DNA of 42,530 nt from Flavobacteriales bacterium CG18_big_fil_WC_8_21_14_2_50_32_9 (GCA_002770955.1 PCUH01000117.1:1657-44186), one strand, 5' to 3'; counted from the first letter of the stretch, positions 16,941 to 25,703 are shown. Made by a program: numbers and translations. The notes: generated by a model from the letters alone, not told the origin.

Positions 16941-17915
16941 ATGTTCAACTGGATACAATACCTTGCTGATTGGCTCATTTATTCTGTTTTTGGAATAGAC
17001 GCAGCAACCCACTTGGGAACAGCCTTGAATTTTTTTGTGTACGACACACTAAAAATCCTATTGCTTTTATTCGTTATCGTTTTTTTTATGGGAATCGTAA
17101 ATGCTTACTTCCCCATTGAAAAACTAAAAGATTATTTGAACCGAAAAAAACTTTATGGTTTAGAATATTTGTTTGCTTCCATTTTTGGAGCAATCACGCC
17201 ATTTTGTTCATGTTCATCAGTTCCTTTATTTATTGGGTTTGTGCAAGGCGGAATACCATTGGGCGTAACCTTTGCCTTTTTGATTACTTCGCCTTTGGTA
17301 AATGAAGTTGCCATTGCCATGTTTATTGGTATGTTTGGGATGAAAGCAACGCTAATTTATGCCATTTCGGGTATTTTGTTGGGGACAATTGGCGGTTGGG
17401 GATTAGGCAAATTTATCCTTGACCCTTTGCTTTCGGATTGGGCAAAAAAAATCTTAGAAAACAAAATGCAACAAAGCGAATATGAAGATGAAAAATTAAC
17501 TTTCACTCAACGCTTGCCTGATATAACGCGTAGTGCTTGGGAAATTGTAAGAGGAGTTTTACTCTATGTAATTATAGGTATTGCTATTGGTGCAGCTATG
17601 CATGGTTATGTTCCCGAGAACTTTTTTGGTCAGTATTTAGGTGGTGGTGAATGGTGGACAGTACCACTTGCTGTAATTCTTGCAGTACCCATGTATGCCA
17701 ATGCAGCAGGAATTGTTCCTGTAATTCAAGTATTTGTTGCCAAAGGAGTTCCTCTTGGAACCGCCATTGCTTTTATGATGGGAACAGTTGGCTTATCCAT
17801 TCCAGAAGCGACCTTATTAAAAAAAGTTATGAGCCTAAAACTGATTGCTATCTATTTCGGAGTGGTTACGTTTTTTATCATTCTCTCAGGATTTATTTTT
17901 AATTGGATTTTATAA
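16941..17915 (+). CDS. DUF318 / ArsP-family permease
   Basis: About 8 TM segments with the conserved GAITPFCSCSSVPLF motif, and the two-halves architecture of the YraQ/ArsP family. Confidence 0.8.
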   Translation: MFNWIQYLADWLIYSVFGIDAATHLGTALNFFVYDTLKILLLLFVIVFFMGIVNAYFPIEKLKDYLNRKKLYGLEYLFASIFGAITPFCSCSSVPLFIGFVQGGIPLGVTFAFLITSPLVNEVAIAMFIGMFGMKATLIYAISGILLGTIGGWGLGKFILDPLLSDWAKKILENKMQQSEYEDEKLTFTQRLPDITRSAWEIVRGVLLYVIIGIAIGAAMHGYVPENFFGQYLGGGEWWTVPLAVILAVPMYANAAGIVPVIQVFVAKGVPLGTAIAFMMGTVGLSIPEATLLKKVMSLKLIAIYFGVVTFFIILSGFIFNWIL

Positions 17916-18047
17916 ACTTAATTATGAGCGTCAGATATCATTCTTCAATAGAAAATAACTAGTTAGTTATACATACTTTTGAGTGTGATTATTTCAAAAA
18001 TGTAAAAAGTTAGCAAAAGTAATATTAGTGAAACTGAAAAATAAATT

Positions 18048-18944
18048 ATGGAATTTATAGATTATTATAAAATTTTAGGAATATCCAAAACGGCAACTGA
18101 AAAGGATATTAAAACTGCTTATCGTAAGCTCGCCAGAAAATATCATCCCGACTTAAACCCTAACAATAAAGAAGCGGAAAAGAAATTTAAAGAAATTAAC
18201 GAAGCGAATGAGGTGTTGAGTGATGCTGGAAAACGAAAGAAATACGATGAGTTTGGTAAGGATTGGAAACATGCGGATGAAATTAAAAAAAACCAACAGC
18301 AACAACAATCTTACGCTAATGAAAATCAACAACAAGGTTATGGAGAATTTTCAGGCGATTTTTCCGACTTTTTTGAATCGATGTATGGCAATAGTGGAGC
18401 GAGAAGCAGGCAAACAAAATTTAGAGGTCAGGATTTGAATGCTGAATTGCATTTGAATCTAAAAGATGTTTATAAATCACAACAACAAACACTAACGATT
18501 AATGGCAATAACATTCGTTTAACATTTCCTGCAGGTATTGAAAATGGTCAGACGATTAAAATAAGTGGACATGGGACTAAAGGGGTAAATGGTGGTCCTA
18601 ATGGAGATTTGTACATTACTTTTTCAATAAAAAACGACACCAAATTTAAACGAGAAGGAAGTAATTTATATACAACTGCCGATTTAGACCTTTATACAGC
18701 CTTGCTGGGTGGTGAGGTTTTGATTGACACCTTTGATGGTAAAGTTAAATTGAAAGTAGCTCCAGAAACGCAATCAGGCACAAAAGTTAAATTGAAAGGC
18801 AAAGGTTTTCCGGTATATAAAAAAGAGAATCAATTTGGCGATTTATATGTTACGTATCAAATAAAATTGCCTACCAACCTATCAGATAAAGAAAAAGAGC
18901 TATTAACAGAATTACAAAAACTTAGAGATAATGGAAACAACTAA
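18048..18944 (+). CDS. cbpA: DnaJ-class co-chaperone lacking the zinc finger (CbpA-like)
   Basis: J-domain [34 protein letters not shown], a Q/G-rich linker, and C-terminal substrate-binding domains without CxxCxGxG repeats. Confidence 0.8.
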   Translation: MEFIDYYKILGISKTATEKDIKTAYRKLARKYHPDLNPNNKEAEKKFKEINEANEVLSDAGKRKKYDEFGKDWKHADEIKKNQQQQQSYANENQQQGYGEFSGDFSDFFESMYGNSGARSRQTKFRGQDLNAELHLNLKDVYKSQQQTLTINGNNIRLTFPAGIENGQTIKISGHGTKGVNGGPNGDLYITFSIKNDTKFKREGSNLYTTADLDLYTALLGGEVLIDTFDGKVKLKVAPETQSGTKVKLKGKGFPVYKKENQFGDLYVTYQIKLPTNLSDKEKELLTELQKLRDNGNN

Positions 18945-19227
18945 TTTGATACTTATTGAAAAATGCTGCTCCAGTTTAGAAGTAGAATTTTCTTTTATTA
19001 ATTCTTTAAATGAGTATGGACTCGTTGATATAATCGTTTTAGAGGACAAAAAATACATTTCAAATGAACAGTTAAAAGATGTTGAAAGAGCGATACATTT
19101 TCATCATGAGTTAAATATTAACATGGAAGGTATTGATGTTATTTACAATTTGCTTAAGCAGATTGATCATTTACAAGAAGAGTTAAGGATAACAAAAAAC
19201 AAGTTGAATTTGTTTGATTTAGAATAA
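18931..19227 (+). CDS. cbpM: CbpM-like chaperone modulator (MerR-type HTH fold)
   Basis: 98 aa. It overlaps the cbpA-like stop by 14 nt. The motif ...[20 protein letters not shown]... is typical of CbpM partners. Confidence 0.6.
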   Translation: METTNLILIEKCCSSLEVEFSFINSLNEYGLVDIIVLEDKKYISNEQLKDVERAIHFHHELNINMEGIDVIYNLLKQIDHLQEELRITKNKLNLFDLE

Positions 19228-19234
19228 AGAAAAA

Positions 19235-19693
19235 ATGAAAACAAAAACAGATACTTTACTCAAACTTTGGTTAGAAACCCGAACACGATTTTCCATTCAG
19301 TTAGAAAAGCTTACGGAAGAAGATTTACAAAAGAAATTAGGTAGCTCTCCCAATTCTTTTGGTTTTTTGATACGCCATATTGGGGAAGTAGAATTATTGT
19401 TTGCTAAAAATGTATTTGGCGATAGCTCAGTAAAAGTAACCGCCAAAACGGTAATTGAAAAACGAGATATTGGCGAATGGACAGATTTAAACGCATTGAA
19501 AAATTATGTTGGGGAATCTTTCGAAAAACTGAAGTCTATTGTTGAAAAACAAACAGATAAAGACTGGGAAAGCACCATCACTACTAAAGAATTTGGCACA
19601 AAAACCAAAGCTAAAGCTTTTGGACGAATTGTTTCGCATACAGCTTATCATTCAGGACAACTCTCAATTATTAATAAATATGAAACCAATTAA
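19235..19693 (+). CDS. DinB-superfamily four-helix-bundle protein
   Basis: 152 aa. It has a His triad pattern (IRHIGEVE..., ...SHTAYHSGQL) typical of DinB/YfiT-like proteins. Confidence 0.65.
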   Translation: MKTKTDTLLKLWLETRTRFSIQLEKLTEEDLQKKLGSSPNSFGFLIRHIGEVELLFAKNVFGDSSVKVTAKTVIEKRDIGEWTDLNALKNYVGESFEKLKSIVEKQTDKDWESTITTKEFGTKTKAKAFGRIVSHTAYHSGQLSIINKYETN

Positions 19694-19750
19694 ATTTTAA
19701 ATATCATGAACACGAAGTCTCACGAATACAATAATCTAAAATCTAAAATC

Positions 19751-20167
19751 ATGAGTAAAACACAAAACATTTTTTTATCAATTGCAACAGTAGTGATGTT
19801 GCTTTTTACCGCTTGTAATAGCGAAGCTCAAAACAAAAAACAAACAGTAACTACTGCTTCCGAAAATAAAATTGAAGTCATACAATTTCATTCAGAACAC
19901 CGCTGTATGACTTGTAATAAAATTGAAGCATTAACAAAAGAAACGCTGAAAAGCTATCCAAACATTCCTTTTTCGTTAGTAAATGTAGATGATGCCAAAA
20001 ACGAAAAAAAGGCTGAACAATTTGAAGCTACAGGTACGGCATTATTTCTTTATAATCCAAAAACAGGTAAGAAAAAAGACTTAACCGATTTTGCTTTTAT
20101 GAATGCTGGAAATAAAGATAAGTTTATTGAGGGGTTGAAGAAAGAGATTAATCTATTTATTAAATAG
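19751..20167 (+). CDS. Thioredoxin-fold lipoprotein with CxxC (HSEHRCMTCNKIE)
   Basis: I prefer the start at 19751 (MSKTQNIFLSIATVVMLLFTAC, a lipobox) over the track start at 19706. It has a single CMTC redox motif. Confidence 0.6.
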   Translation: MSKTQNIFLSIATVVMLLFTACNSEAQNKKQTVTTASENKIEVIQFHSEHRCMTCNKIEALTKETLKSYPNIPFSLVNVDDAKNEKKAEQFEATGTALFLYNPKTGKKKDLTDFAFMNAGNKDKFIEGLKKEINLFIK

Positions 20168-20333
20168 AGTCTGTCTGTAAAGCCCAACTTCTTCATTATT
20201 CTTGTTTTAAAAACCAGTCATCCCGATCTATCGGGGCTCCTGATTTTCAAAACTTCGAAAGCCTCGAATTTGAACTCTACAGTTCAGCCTCTCGACTTCA
20301 AAGACACTAAATCGTAACTCGTAAATCAAAACT

Positions 20334-21047
20334 ATGGAATGGTTAAATGAACTAGCACAAAATCGAGAAACACCTTTGTTGGCAGCTTTTGCCTTAGGTT
20401 TATTAACAGCTATTGCTCCTTGTCCGTTGGCAACCAATATAACAGCAACTGCTTACATTGCCAAAACTATTACTGATAAGAAAAAAGTACTTTTAAGCGG
20501 CTTGCTTTATACCTTGGGTAGAGTGTTTTCCTACACCTTAATCGGAGCTATCATTTATTTTGGAGCAAGTAAATTTCAAATTGCAAAGCTTTTTCAAGGA
20601 AATGGCGAAAAATACATCGGATTTGTTCTAATCATTATTGGGTTAATCATGCTGGATGTTATCAAGCTCAATTTTATCAAAGGTGGAAACTTAACCGACA
20701 AACTTTCGGATAAATTCAAAACCAAAGGTTTATTAGGTTCATTCCTTTTAGGAGCACTGTTCGCCTTAGCTTTTTGTCCTTACAGCGGAGCGTTATTTTT
20801 TGCTATGTTGATACCAATGACACTTTCAACCAGTGCAGGATTAGCATTACCAGTAGTTTTCTCATTTGGCACAGGTTTACCAGTAATTCTTTTTGCTTTT
20901 GTTATTGCATTTAGCATGGAGAAATTGGGTATGTATTTTAAAGTCATCACCAAAGTAGAAAAAGTAATGCGTTTTGTGGCTGGAGTGGTTTTCATATTAA
21001 CAGGCTTGTATTACATCAACATCTATTTTAAATTGATTTTAAATTGA
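20334..21047 (+). CDS. CcdA/DsbD-like thiol-disulfide membrane protein (ArsG-family-like transporter)
   Basis: Six TM segments and the motif LLAAFALGLLTAIAPCPLATN, with Cys-Pro in TM1 as in CcdA/DsbD-type proteins. It sits between a CxxC lipoprotein and arsM. Confidence 0.65.
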   Translation: MEWLNELAQNRETPLLAAFALGLLTAIAPCPLATNITATAYIAKTITDKKKVLLSGLLYTLGRVFSYTLIGAIIYFGASKFQIAKLFQGNGEKYIGFVLIIIGLIMLDVIKLNFIKGGNLTDKLSDKFKTKGLLGSFLLGALFALAFCPYSGALFFAMLIPMTLSTSAGLALPVVFSFGTGLPVILFAFVIAFSMEKLGMYFKVITKVEKVMRFVAGVVFILTGLYYINIYFKLILN

Positions 21048-21094
21048 TTTAAAAAATTTAATTAACTATTATTTATAACTTTAAATTAAATACC

Positions 21095-21886
21095 ATGACA
21101 AAAAACATTAAAGAAACTGTGAAACAAACATACACAGCAGCAGTACAAAACGGTAGCGGTTGTGGATGTGGTCCATCTTGTTGTTCACCAGAACAATCAA
21201 CATCATTTTTAGACGAAAACTACAAAAAGGTAGCAGGTTATCAAGAAATTGCCGACTATGGTTTGGGCTGTGGTTTGCCTACCGAAATTGCAGACATCAA
21301 AAAAGGAAACATCGTTTTAGACCTTGGTTCGGGTGCAGGAAATGACATTTTTATTGCCAGAAATCAAGTTGGAGAAGCTGGAAAAGTTATCGGTGTTGAC
21401 TTTACAGAAGCAATGATAGAAAAAGCAAATGAAAACAAAAACAAATTAGGTTTCGAAAATGTAGCATTTATTTTGGGCGACATTGAAGAATTGCCTGTTG
21501 ATTCAGAAACTGTTGATGTAGTGATTAGTAACTGTGTGATGAATTTAGTTCCAGATAAAAACAAAGCCTATCAAGAAGTTTTTCGAGTGTTAAAATCAGG
21601 TGGACATTTTAGTATTTCGGATGTGGTTCTGAACTCAGATTTACCAAAAGGAATTTTAAAGGCTGCCGAAATGTATGCAAATTGCGTATCGGGAGCATTA
21701 GAAAAAAAAGCGTATTTATCTGTAATTGAAAATGCAGGGTTTCAAGATTTAGAAATTAGAAAAGAACATGAAATTAACTTACCCGATAGTTTACTTTTAC
21801 AATTTATAAGCAACCAAGAATTGGAAACATATAGAAAAAACAAAAGTGCAATCATCAGTATCACTATTAACGCTAAAAAACAATAA
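21095..21886 (+). CDS. arsM: Arsenite S-adenosylmethionine methyltransferase
   Basis: N-terminal Cys cluster GSGCGCGPSCCSPE, SAM motif I VLDLGSGAGNDIF, and VISNCVMNLVPDK plus ANCVSGA with the conserved As-binding cysteines. Confidence 0.85.
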   Translation: MTKNIKETVKQTYTAAVQNGSGCGCGPSCCSPEQSTSFLDENYKKVAGYQEIADYGLGCGLPTEIADIKKGNIVLDLGSGAGNDIFIARNQVGEAGKVIGVDFTEAMIEKANENKNKLGFENVAFILGDIEELPVDSETVDVVISNCVMNLVPDKNKAYQEVFRVLKSGGHFSISDVVLNSDLPKGILKAAEMYANCVSGALEKKAYLSVIENAGFQDLEIRKEHEINLPDSLLLQFISNQELETYRKNKSAIISITINAKKQ

Positions 21887-22018
21887 ACTACGAATACATT
21901 AAAGTAAAAGTTTTTATCTTTGTTTTCACTTTTGGTAAGTTGTCATTCAACCATCAATGGATTGGAGGAAATCAAACCAATAACAAATCCTTAGTCACCG
22001 ACAAAAAAGAAAAATAAT

Positions 22019-22130
22019 ATGGAAATAAAATTGCAATCAACAATCACTTGTTAAAACTGCGGGCACCACAAAAAGAAGAAACAATGCCCAAAAGCTAAAG
22101 ACTCGTTGCATCCGTAGCACAAACAATGAA
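22019..22130 (+). pseudogene. Degraded remnant of a small Cys-rich (GDCCVxC-type) metal-associated gene
   Basis: Reads MEIKLQSTITC-TAA(22052-22054)-NCGHH. The next conserved piece, KKEETMP, is only in the +1 frame, and no intact C-terminal Cys cluster follows. The resemblance to ...ITCPxCGHxKxExMP... is from memory. Confidence 0.35.
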
Positions 22131-22198
22131 TTGAAATCGAACGCCTTATAAATTAAAAGAGCGGTGAGATAAATATGTGTTGAACAGAACTGGTTTTT

Positions 22199-22966
22199 TT
22201 ATGGAGTTATTCCTTTAAAAACCATTTCTGTAGGTCCAATTAACCATATATCGGTAAATTTAGCCGCATCTCTTTTAAAGGCAACTTTTAACAAACCTCC
22301 TTGTGTTTGAATTTCTATTTTTGATGCCCCTAATTGTTGTTGGTCAGCAATGCTCAACGCTACTGCGGTTACTCCTGTTCCACACGAAAGCGTTTCATCC
22401 TCCACTCCTCTTTCATAAGTACGAAGGGTTGTTTTGCCATTTTTTTGTTCCACAAAATTAACATTAGTTCCTTCATTTTCAAACCTTTCGTTATAACGAA
22501 TTGCTGCTCCTTGCTCTTTAACATTGAGCGTTTGCAAGTTATCTGTTTGAATAATATAATGCGGAGATCCTGTATCAATAAAGTAATAATCCGCTCCTTT
22601 TTCTATGTTTTCCACATCGTGCATTTTCAAACTCACTTCACCATTTTTGTTTATCCATGCTTCATGCTCTCCATCGGTTGATAAGAAATAAGCCTGACTT
22701 TCAATAATTCCTAAATACTTAGCAAAAGCAACAGCACATCTACTTCCGTTTCCACAAAAACTTTTAGAACCATCGGCATTAAAATAGATCATTTCAAAAT
22801 CAAATTCACTGTGGTTTTCAATTAAAATTAAGCCATCTGCTCCTATGCCAAATTTCCTATTGCATAGTTGTTGCACCAACTGAATGTTTGTTTTATCAAA
22901 CACATTACTCCGATTGTCTATCATCACAAAATCATTTCCTGTTCCTTGGTATTTATAGAAGTTCAT
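22199..22966 (-). CDS. dapF: Diaminopimelate epimerase
   Basis: MNFYKYQGTGNDFVMIDNR, with catalytic cysteines in SFCGNGSRC and LSCGTGVTA. Confidence 0.9.
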   Translation of the reverse strand: MNFYKYQGTGNDFVMIDNRSNVFDKTNIQLVQQLCNRKFGIGADGLILIENHSEFDFEMIYFNADGSKSFCGNGSRCAVAFAKYLGIIESQAYFLSTDGEHEAWINKNGEVSLKMHDVENIEKGADYYFIDTGSPHYIIQTDNLQTLNVKEQGAAIRYNERFENEGTNVNFVEQKNGKTTLRTYERGVEDETLSCGTGVTAVALSIADQQQLGASKIEIQTQGGLLKVAFKRDAAKFTDIWLIGPTEMVFKGITP

Positions 22967-22999
22967 AGTATTAGTTTAAAATTTGTTTAAGAGTTTATC

Positions 23000-24130
23000 T
23001 TAAAGCGAGTTCTTTAAATTGTAAATAGCTTCAGTTAATTTATTCCAATTATATTTTTCTTTTTCTTGCTTAACTCCTTCAATAAAATCATTTTCTCTAT
23101 GGTTATTAAAAAAATCAACTAAAGCACTTGCAACAGCATTAGAATTAGGCTCAACAACATAACCTACCTTTTGGTGAGAAACCATTTCTTTTAAACCTCC
23201 AACATCAGTTACCAACATTGGTTTATTGAAATGATAAGCAATTTGAGTAACCCCACTTTGTGTTGCATTTTTGTATGGTTGTGCCACAATGTCAACAGCA
23301 CAAAAATAATTTGCTACTTGATTATCAGTAATAAATTCATTTATGAGAATAATATGTTCTTGAATATTTAATTTTTTCATTAAGTCGAGATAAGGTTGCT
23401 CGTCTTCATAAAATTCTCCTGCAATAATTAGTTTTATGTTCGTTTTATCAATTCTTTTATCGGCAAAAGCTTCAAGTAAAATATCCAACCCTTTGTATTT
23501 TCTAATAATTCCAAAAAACAAGATATATTTAAAATTAGAAGCTAAGTTAAGAGCCTGTTGGGCATTACTTTTTGATTTTTCATCGCCAAAATTATCATAC
23601 AACGGATGTGGAGATATTTTTTTAGGTTTGAAAGGTGCAAAATTATTCAAATCGTCAAACACACGTTGCGATAACACTAAAAATGCGTCCATTTTAGAAG
23701 TAAAGAATTTTGTTAAACACCTGTCTCCTATTCTTTTTTCGTGAGGAATAATGTTATGAGCAAGAGCAATACATTTAGTTTTTTTATTTTTTCTTGAAAT
23801 GGAAGCAATTGTTCCAAAACAAGGAGCCATAAAAGGCATCCAGTAATTAAAAATTACCATATCGGGTTGATGTTGTTTGAGTTGCTTCCCTACTTTTATC
23901 CACGAAAATGGATTTATTGAATTTATTTTTCTAGAAATGGTTAAATCATTAGAACTATCTGAATCTGAAAATTGTGTTTTACCTGGAAATAAAAAACTTG
24001 GATATTGAAGTGTAAACGTAATTATTTCAACTTCGTGTTTTTCTTCAATAAATTGTTGAGCTAATCGTTCCGTAAAAAGTGCAATTCCTCCTCGATACGG
24101 ATAGGCTGGACCTATAATTACAATTTTCAT
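23000..24130 (-). CDS. Glycosyltransferase family 4 (GT-B, RfaB-like)
   Basis: 376 aa. It has an N-terminal GGIA motif and a C-terminal E-x7-E-like region (...GLKEMVSHQKVGYVVEP). Confidence 0.75.
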   Translation of the reverse strand: MKIVIIGPAYPYRGGIALFTERLAQQFIEEKHEVEIITFTLQYPSFLFPGKTQFSDSDSSNDLTISRKINSINPFSWIKVGKQLKQHQPDMVIFNYWMPFMAPCFGTIASISRKNKKTKCIALAHNIIPHEKRIGDRCLTKFFTSKMDAFLVLSQRVFDDLNNFAPFKPKKISPHPLYDNFGDEKSKSNAQQALNLASNFKYILFFGIIRKYKGLDILLEAFADKRIDKTNIKLIIAGEFYEDEQPYLDLMKKLNIQEHIILINEFITDNQVANYFCAVDIVAQPYKNATQSGVTQIAYHFNKPMLVTDVGGLKEMVSHQKVGYVVEPNSNAVASALVDFFNNHRENDFIEGVKQEKEKYNWNKLTEAIYNLKNSL

Positions 24131-24140
24131 TTATATTCTT

Positions 24141-25103
24141 TTAAATCTCCTTCACTATTTGATAATTATTTCTGTTGGGTGAATTTCTCGAAATTAATTC
24201 TCCTAAAAATCCAGATATAAAAAGTAAAGAACCTACTATCATTGCGGTAAGTGAAATATAAAAATAAGGATTATCTGTTACTAACGTAGCTTTTATTCCT
24301 TTGTTTAAATAGTATAATTTTGATATCCCTATATATAAGGCACTTAAAAATCCAATTAAAAACATCAATGTGCCTAATGAACCAAACAAGTGCATGGGGC
24401 GTTTTCCAAAACGAGCAATAAAAGTTATTGAAAGTAAATCTAAAAAACCATTAATGAATCGCTCTAATCCAAATTTAGTAACTCCATATTTTCGTTCTTG
24501 ATGTTGTACTACCTTTTCAGTAATTTTTTCAAAACCAGCCCATTTAGCAATAACAGGAATGTAGCGATGCATTTCTCCATAAACTTCTATGTTTTTTATT
24601 ACATCTTTTTTGTAGGCTTTTAAACCACAATTGAAATCATGCAAATTTTTAATCCCCGACATTTTACGTGTAGCAGCATTAAATAACTTGGTTGGAATGG
24701 TTTTAGTTATTGGGTCGTAGCGTTTTTTCTTCCATCCAGAAACTAAATCCCAACCTTCTTCAACTATCATTTTATACAACTCGGGCAATTCATCTGGACT
24801 ATCTTGTAAATCGGCATCCATGGTAAAAACAACATTTCCTTTAGCTGCAGCAAAACCAACATTTAATCCTGCTGATTTACCATAATTTCTTCTAAATTTT
24901 ATGGCTCTAATGTTTGGATTTGAAACTTTTAATTCTTCTATCACTTGCCAGGAGTTGTCTTTACTCCCATCGTCAATAAAAAGAATTTCATAGCTATAAT
25001 TATTAACTTGCATCACATTAGCAATCCATTCAGCTAATTCGGGTAAAGATTCCTCTTCATTAAAAAGTGGGATTACTATAGATATGTCTAAAGTTTCATT
25101 CAT
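24141..25103 (-). CDS. Glycosyltransferase family 2 (polyprenyl-phosphate sugar transferase, ArnC/DPM1-like) with C-terminal TM pair
   Basis: ISIVIPLFNEE, IDDGSKD, and a DADLQD (DxD) motif. Two C-terminal TM helices. Confidence 0.85.
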   Translation of the reverse strand: MNETLDISIVIPLFNEEESLPELAEWIANVMQVNNYSYEILFIDDGSKDNSWQVIEELKVSNPNIRAIKFRRNYGKSAGLNVGFAAAKGNVVFTMDADLQDSPDELPELYKMIVEEGWDLVSGWKKKRYDPITKTIPTKLFNAATRKMSGIKNLHDFNCGLKAYKKDVIKNIEVYGEMHRYIPVIAKWAGFEKITEKVVQHQERKYGVTKFGLERFINGFLDLLSITFIARFGKRPMHLFGSLGTLMFLIGFLSALYIGISKLYYLNKGIKATLVTDNPYFYISLTAMIVGSLLFISGFLGELISRNSPNRNNYQIVKEI

Positions 25104-25171
25104 GAGGGTTCAAAGATAATAAAAGAATAATTTTATTTCGGTTTTACCCCTTTAGATTTAAAAGTTATTTC

Positions 25172-25179
25172 TACTTTTG
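25172..25179 (+). promoter_or_regulatory. -7 promoter box TActTTTG for the SRP RNA
   Basis: Matches TAnnTTTG and ends 4 nt before the first G of the SRP RNA 5' stem. Confidence 0.5.
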
Positions 25180-25183
25180 CAAC

Positions 25184-25280
25184 GGGCAAGTCTTATACGA
25201 CCAGCTCCTGCTGAACTTCCCCAGGCTGGGAACAGAGCAAGGATATGCGGTTGAGCGGTGCGATGTAAGTAGCTTGCCCA
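25184..25280 (+). ncRNA. ffs: Signal recognition particle RNA (small bacterial 4.5S type)
   Basis: The 5' GGGCAAG pairs with the 3' CTTGCCC. The domain IV core is CCAGG-CUG-GGAA-CAG-AGCA-AGG, which gives the GGAA tetraloop and the conserved AGG/AGCA symmetric loop, as in E. coli 4.5S. A T-run follows (acttttttc). Confidence 0.85.
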
Positions 25281-25337
25281 CTTTTTTCTCTCTCCTTTTA
25301 TTCTTTTGTACAAACATTTATCTTAGATATTTACTAT

Positions 25338-25503
25338 TAACCTGAGTTCGGGTTAAGCAAAATACTGTCAGTTCGAGTGAAAATCTATTAGATTTTTATA
25401 TCGAGAACAAAGTATTTTGCCCATTTCGATACATCCCGCAATAGTGCGGGACAATCAATGTGACAAAATACAGAAACTTTGTCGTTATCCCGAACTCAGG
25501 TTA
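25338..25503. repeat. 166-bp element bounded by 15-bp perfect terminal inverted repeats (MITE-like or structured RNA)
   Basis: taacctgagttcggg (25338-25352) pairs with cccgaactcaggtta (25489-25503). Internal nested hairpins: gcaaaatact/agtattttgc (25356-25365 / 25410-25419), aaaatcta-t-tagatttt, and tcccgca-atag-tgcggga (25434-25451). Confidence 0.6.
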
Positions 25504-25549
25504 TTAAGAGTGTACTGCAACTATTCATTTTATCATTATCATGTAAAAT

Positions 25550-25613
25550 CTCCAAGGTTTTGGAAACCTTATTATCATAGAGACCTCCAAGGTTTTGGAA
25601 ACCTTGGAGGTCT
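25550..25613. repeat. Duplicated 21-nt unit; second copy forms a 15-bp perfect hairpin
   Basis: ctccaaggttttggaaacctt occurs at 25550-25570 and 25585-25605. The stretch 25581-25613 (agacctccaaggttt-tgg-aaaccttggaggtct) is a perfect 15-bp stem. Confidence 0.6.
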
Positions 25614-25703
25614 AAACGAAACTAAGTAATAACATTTCTTATTGTTCTTTCGTATAAGACAACCCGTACGCTTAATTTTTATAAACAATTTAAAATAACT
25701 GTT

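Noticed and set aside
17651-17902. 83-aa Cys-rich alternative-frame ORF (CCNSCSTHVCQCSRNCSCNSS...) inside the permease gene, tempting as a metallothionein-like overlapping gene in an arsenic island.
   Set aside because: It is same-strand and out of frame within a well-supported TM-rich CDS. The Cys codons arise from the GC(T/A)/TG(T/C) content of hydrophobic codons. No independent start context is present.
20228-20437. 69-aa minus-strand ORF.
   Set aside because: Half of it is antisense to the start of the CcdA/ArsG-like gene. The rest runs through the GC-rich repeat spacer. It is a typical repeat-derived artefact.
12805-21900. Accessory region as a classical mobile genomic island (ICE or transposon).
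   Set aside because: No integrase, transposase, relaxase or tRNA target was found in the window. Only the short direct repeats around the R-M cassette hint at mobility, so I do not call a mobile_element feature.
25550-25605. Direct repeats with a 35-nt period as a possible mini CRISPR array.
   Set aside because: There are only two copies. The repeat is 21 nt and self-complementary with a 14-nt spacer, and no cas genes or leader are present.
25417-25629. 70-aa ORF (MPISIHPAIVRDNQCDK...).
   Set aside because: It lies entirely within the TIR element and the duplicated hairpins. Its composition is driven by palindromes, and it has no RBS-like context or recognisable domain.
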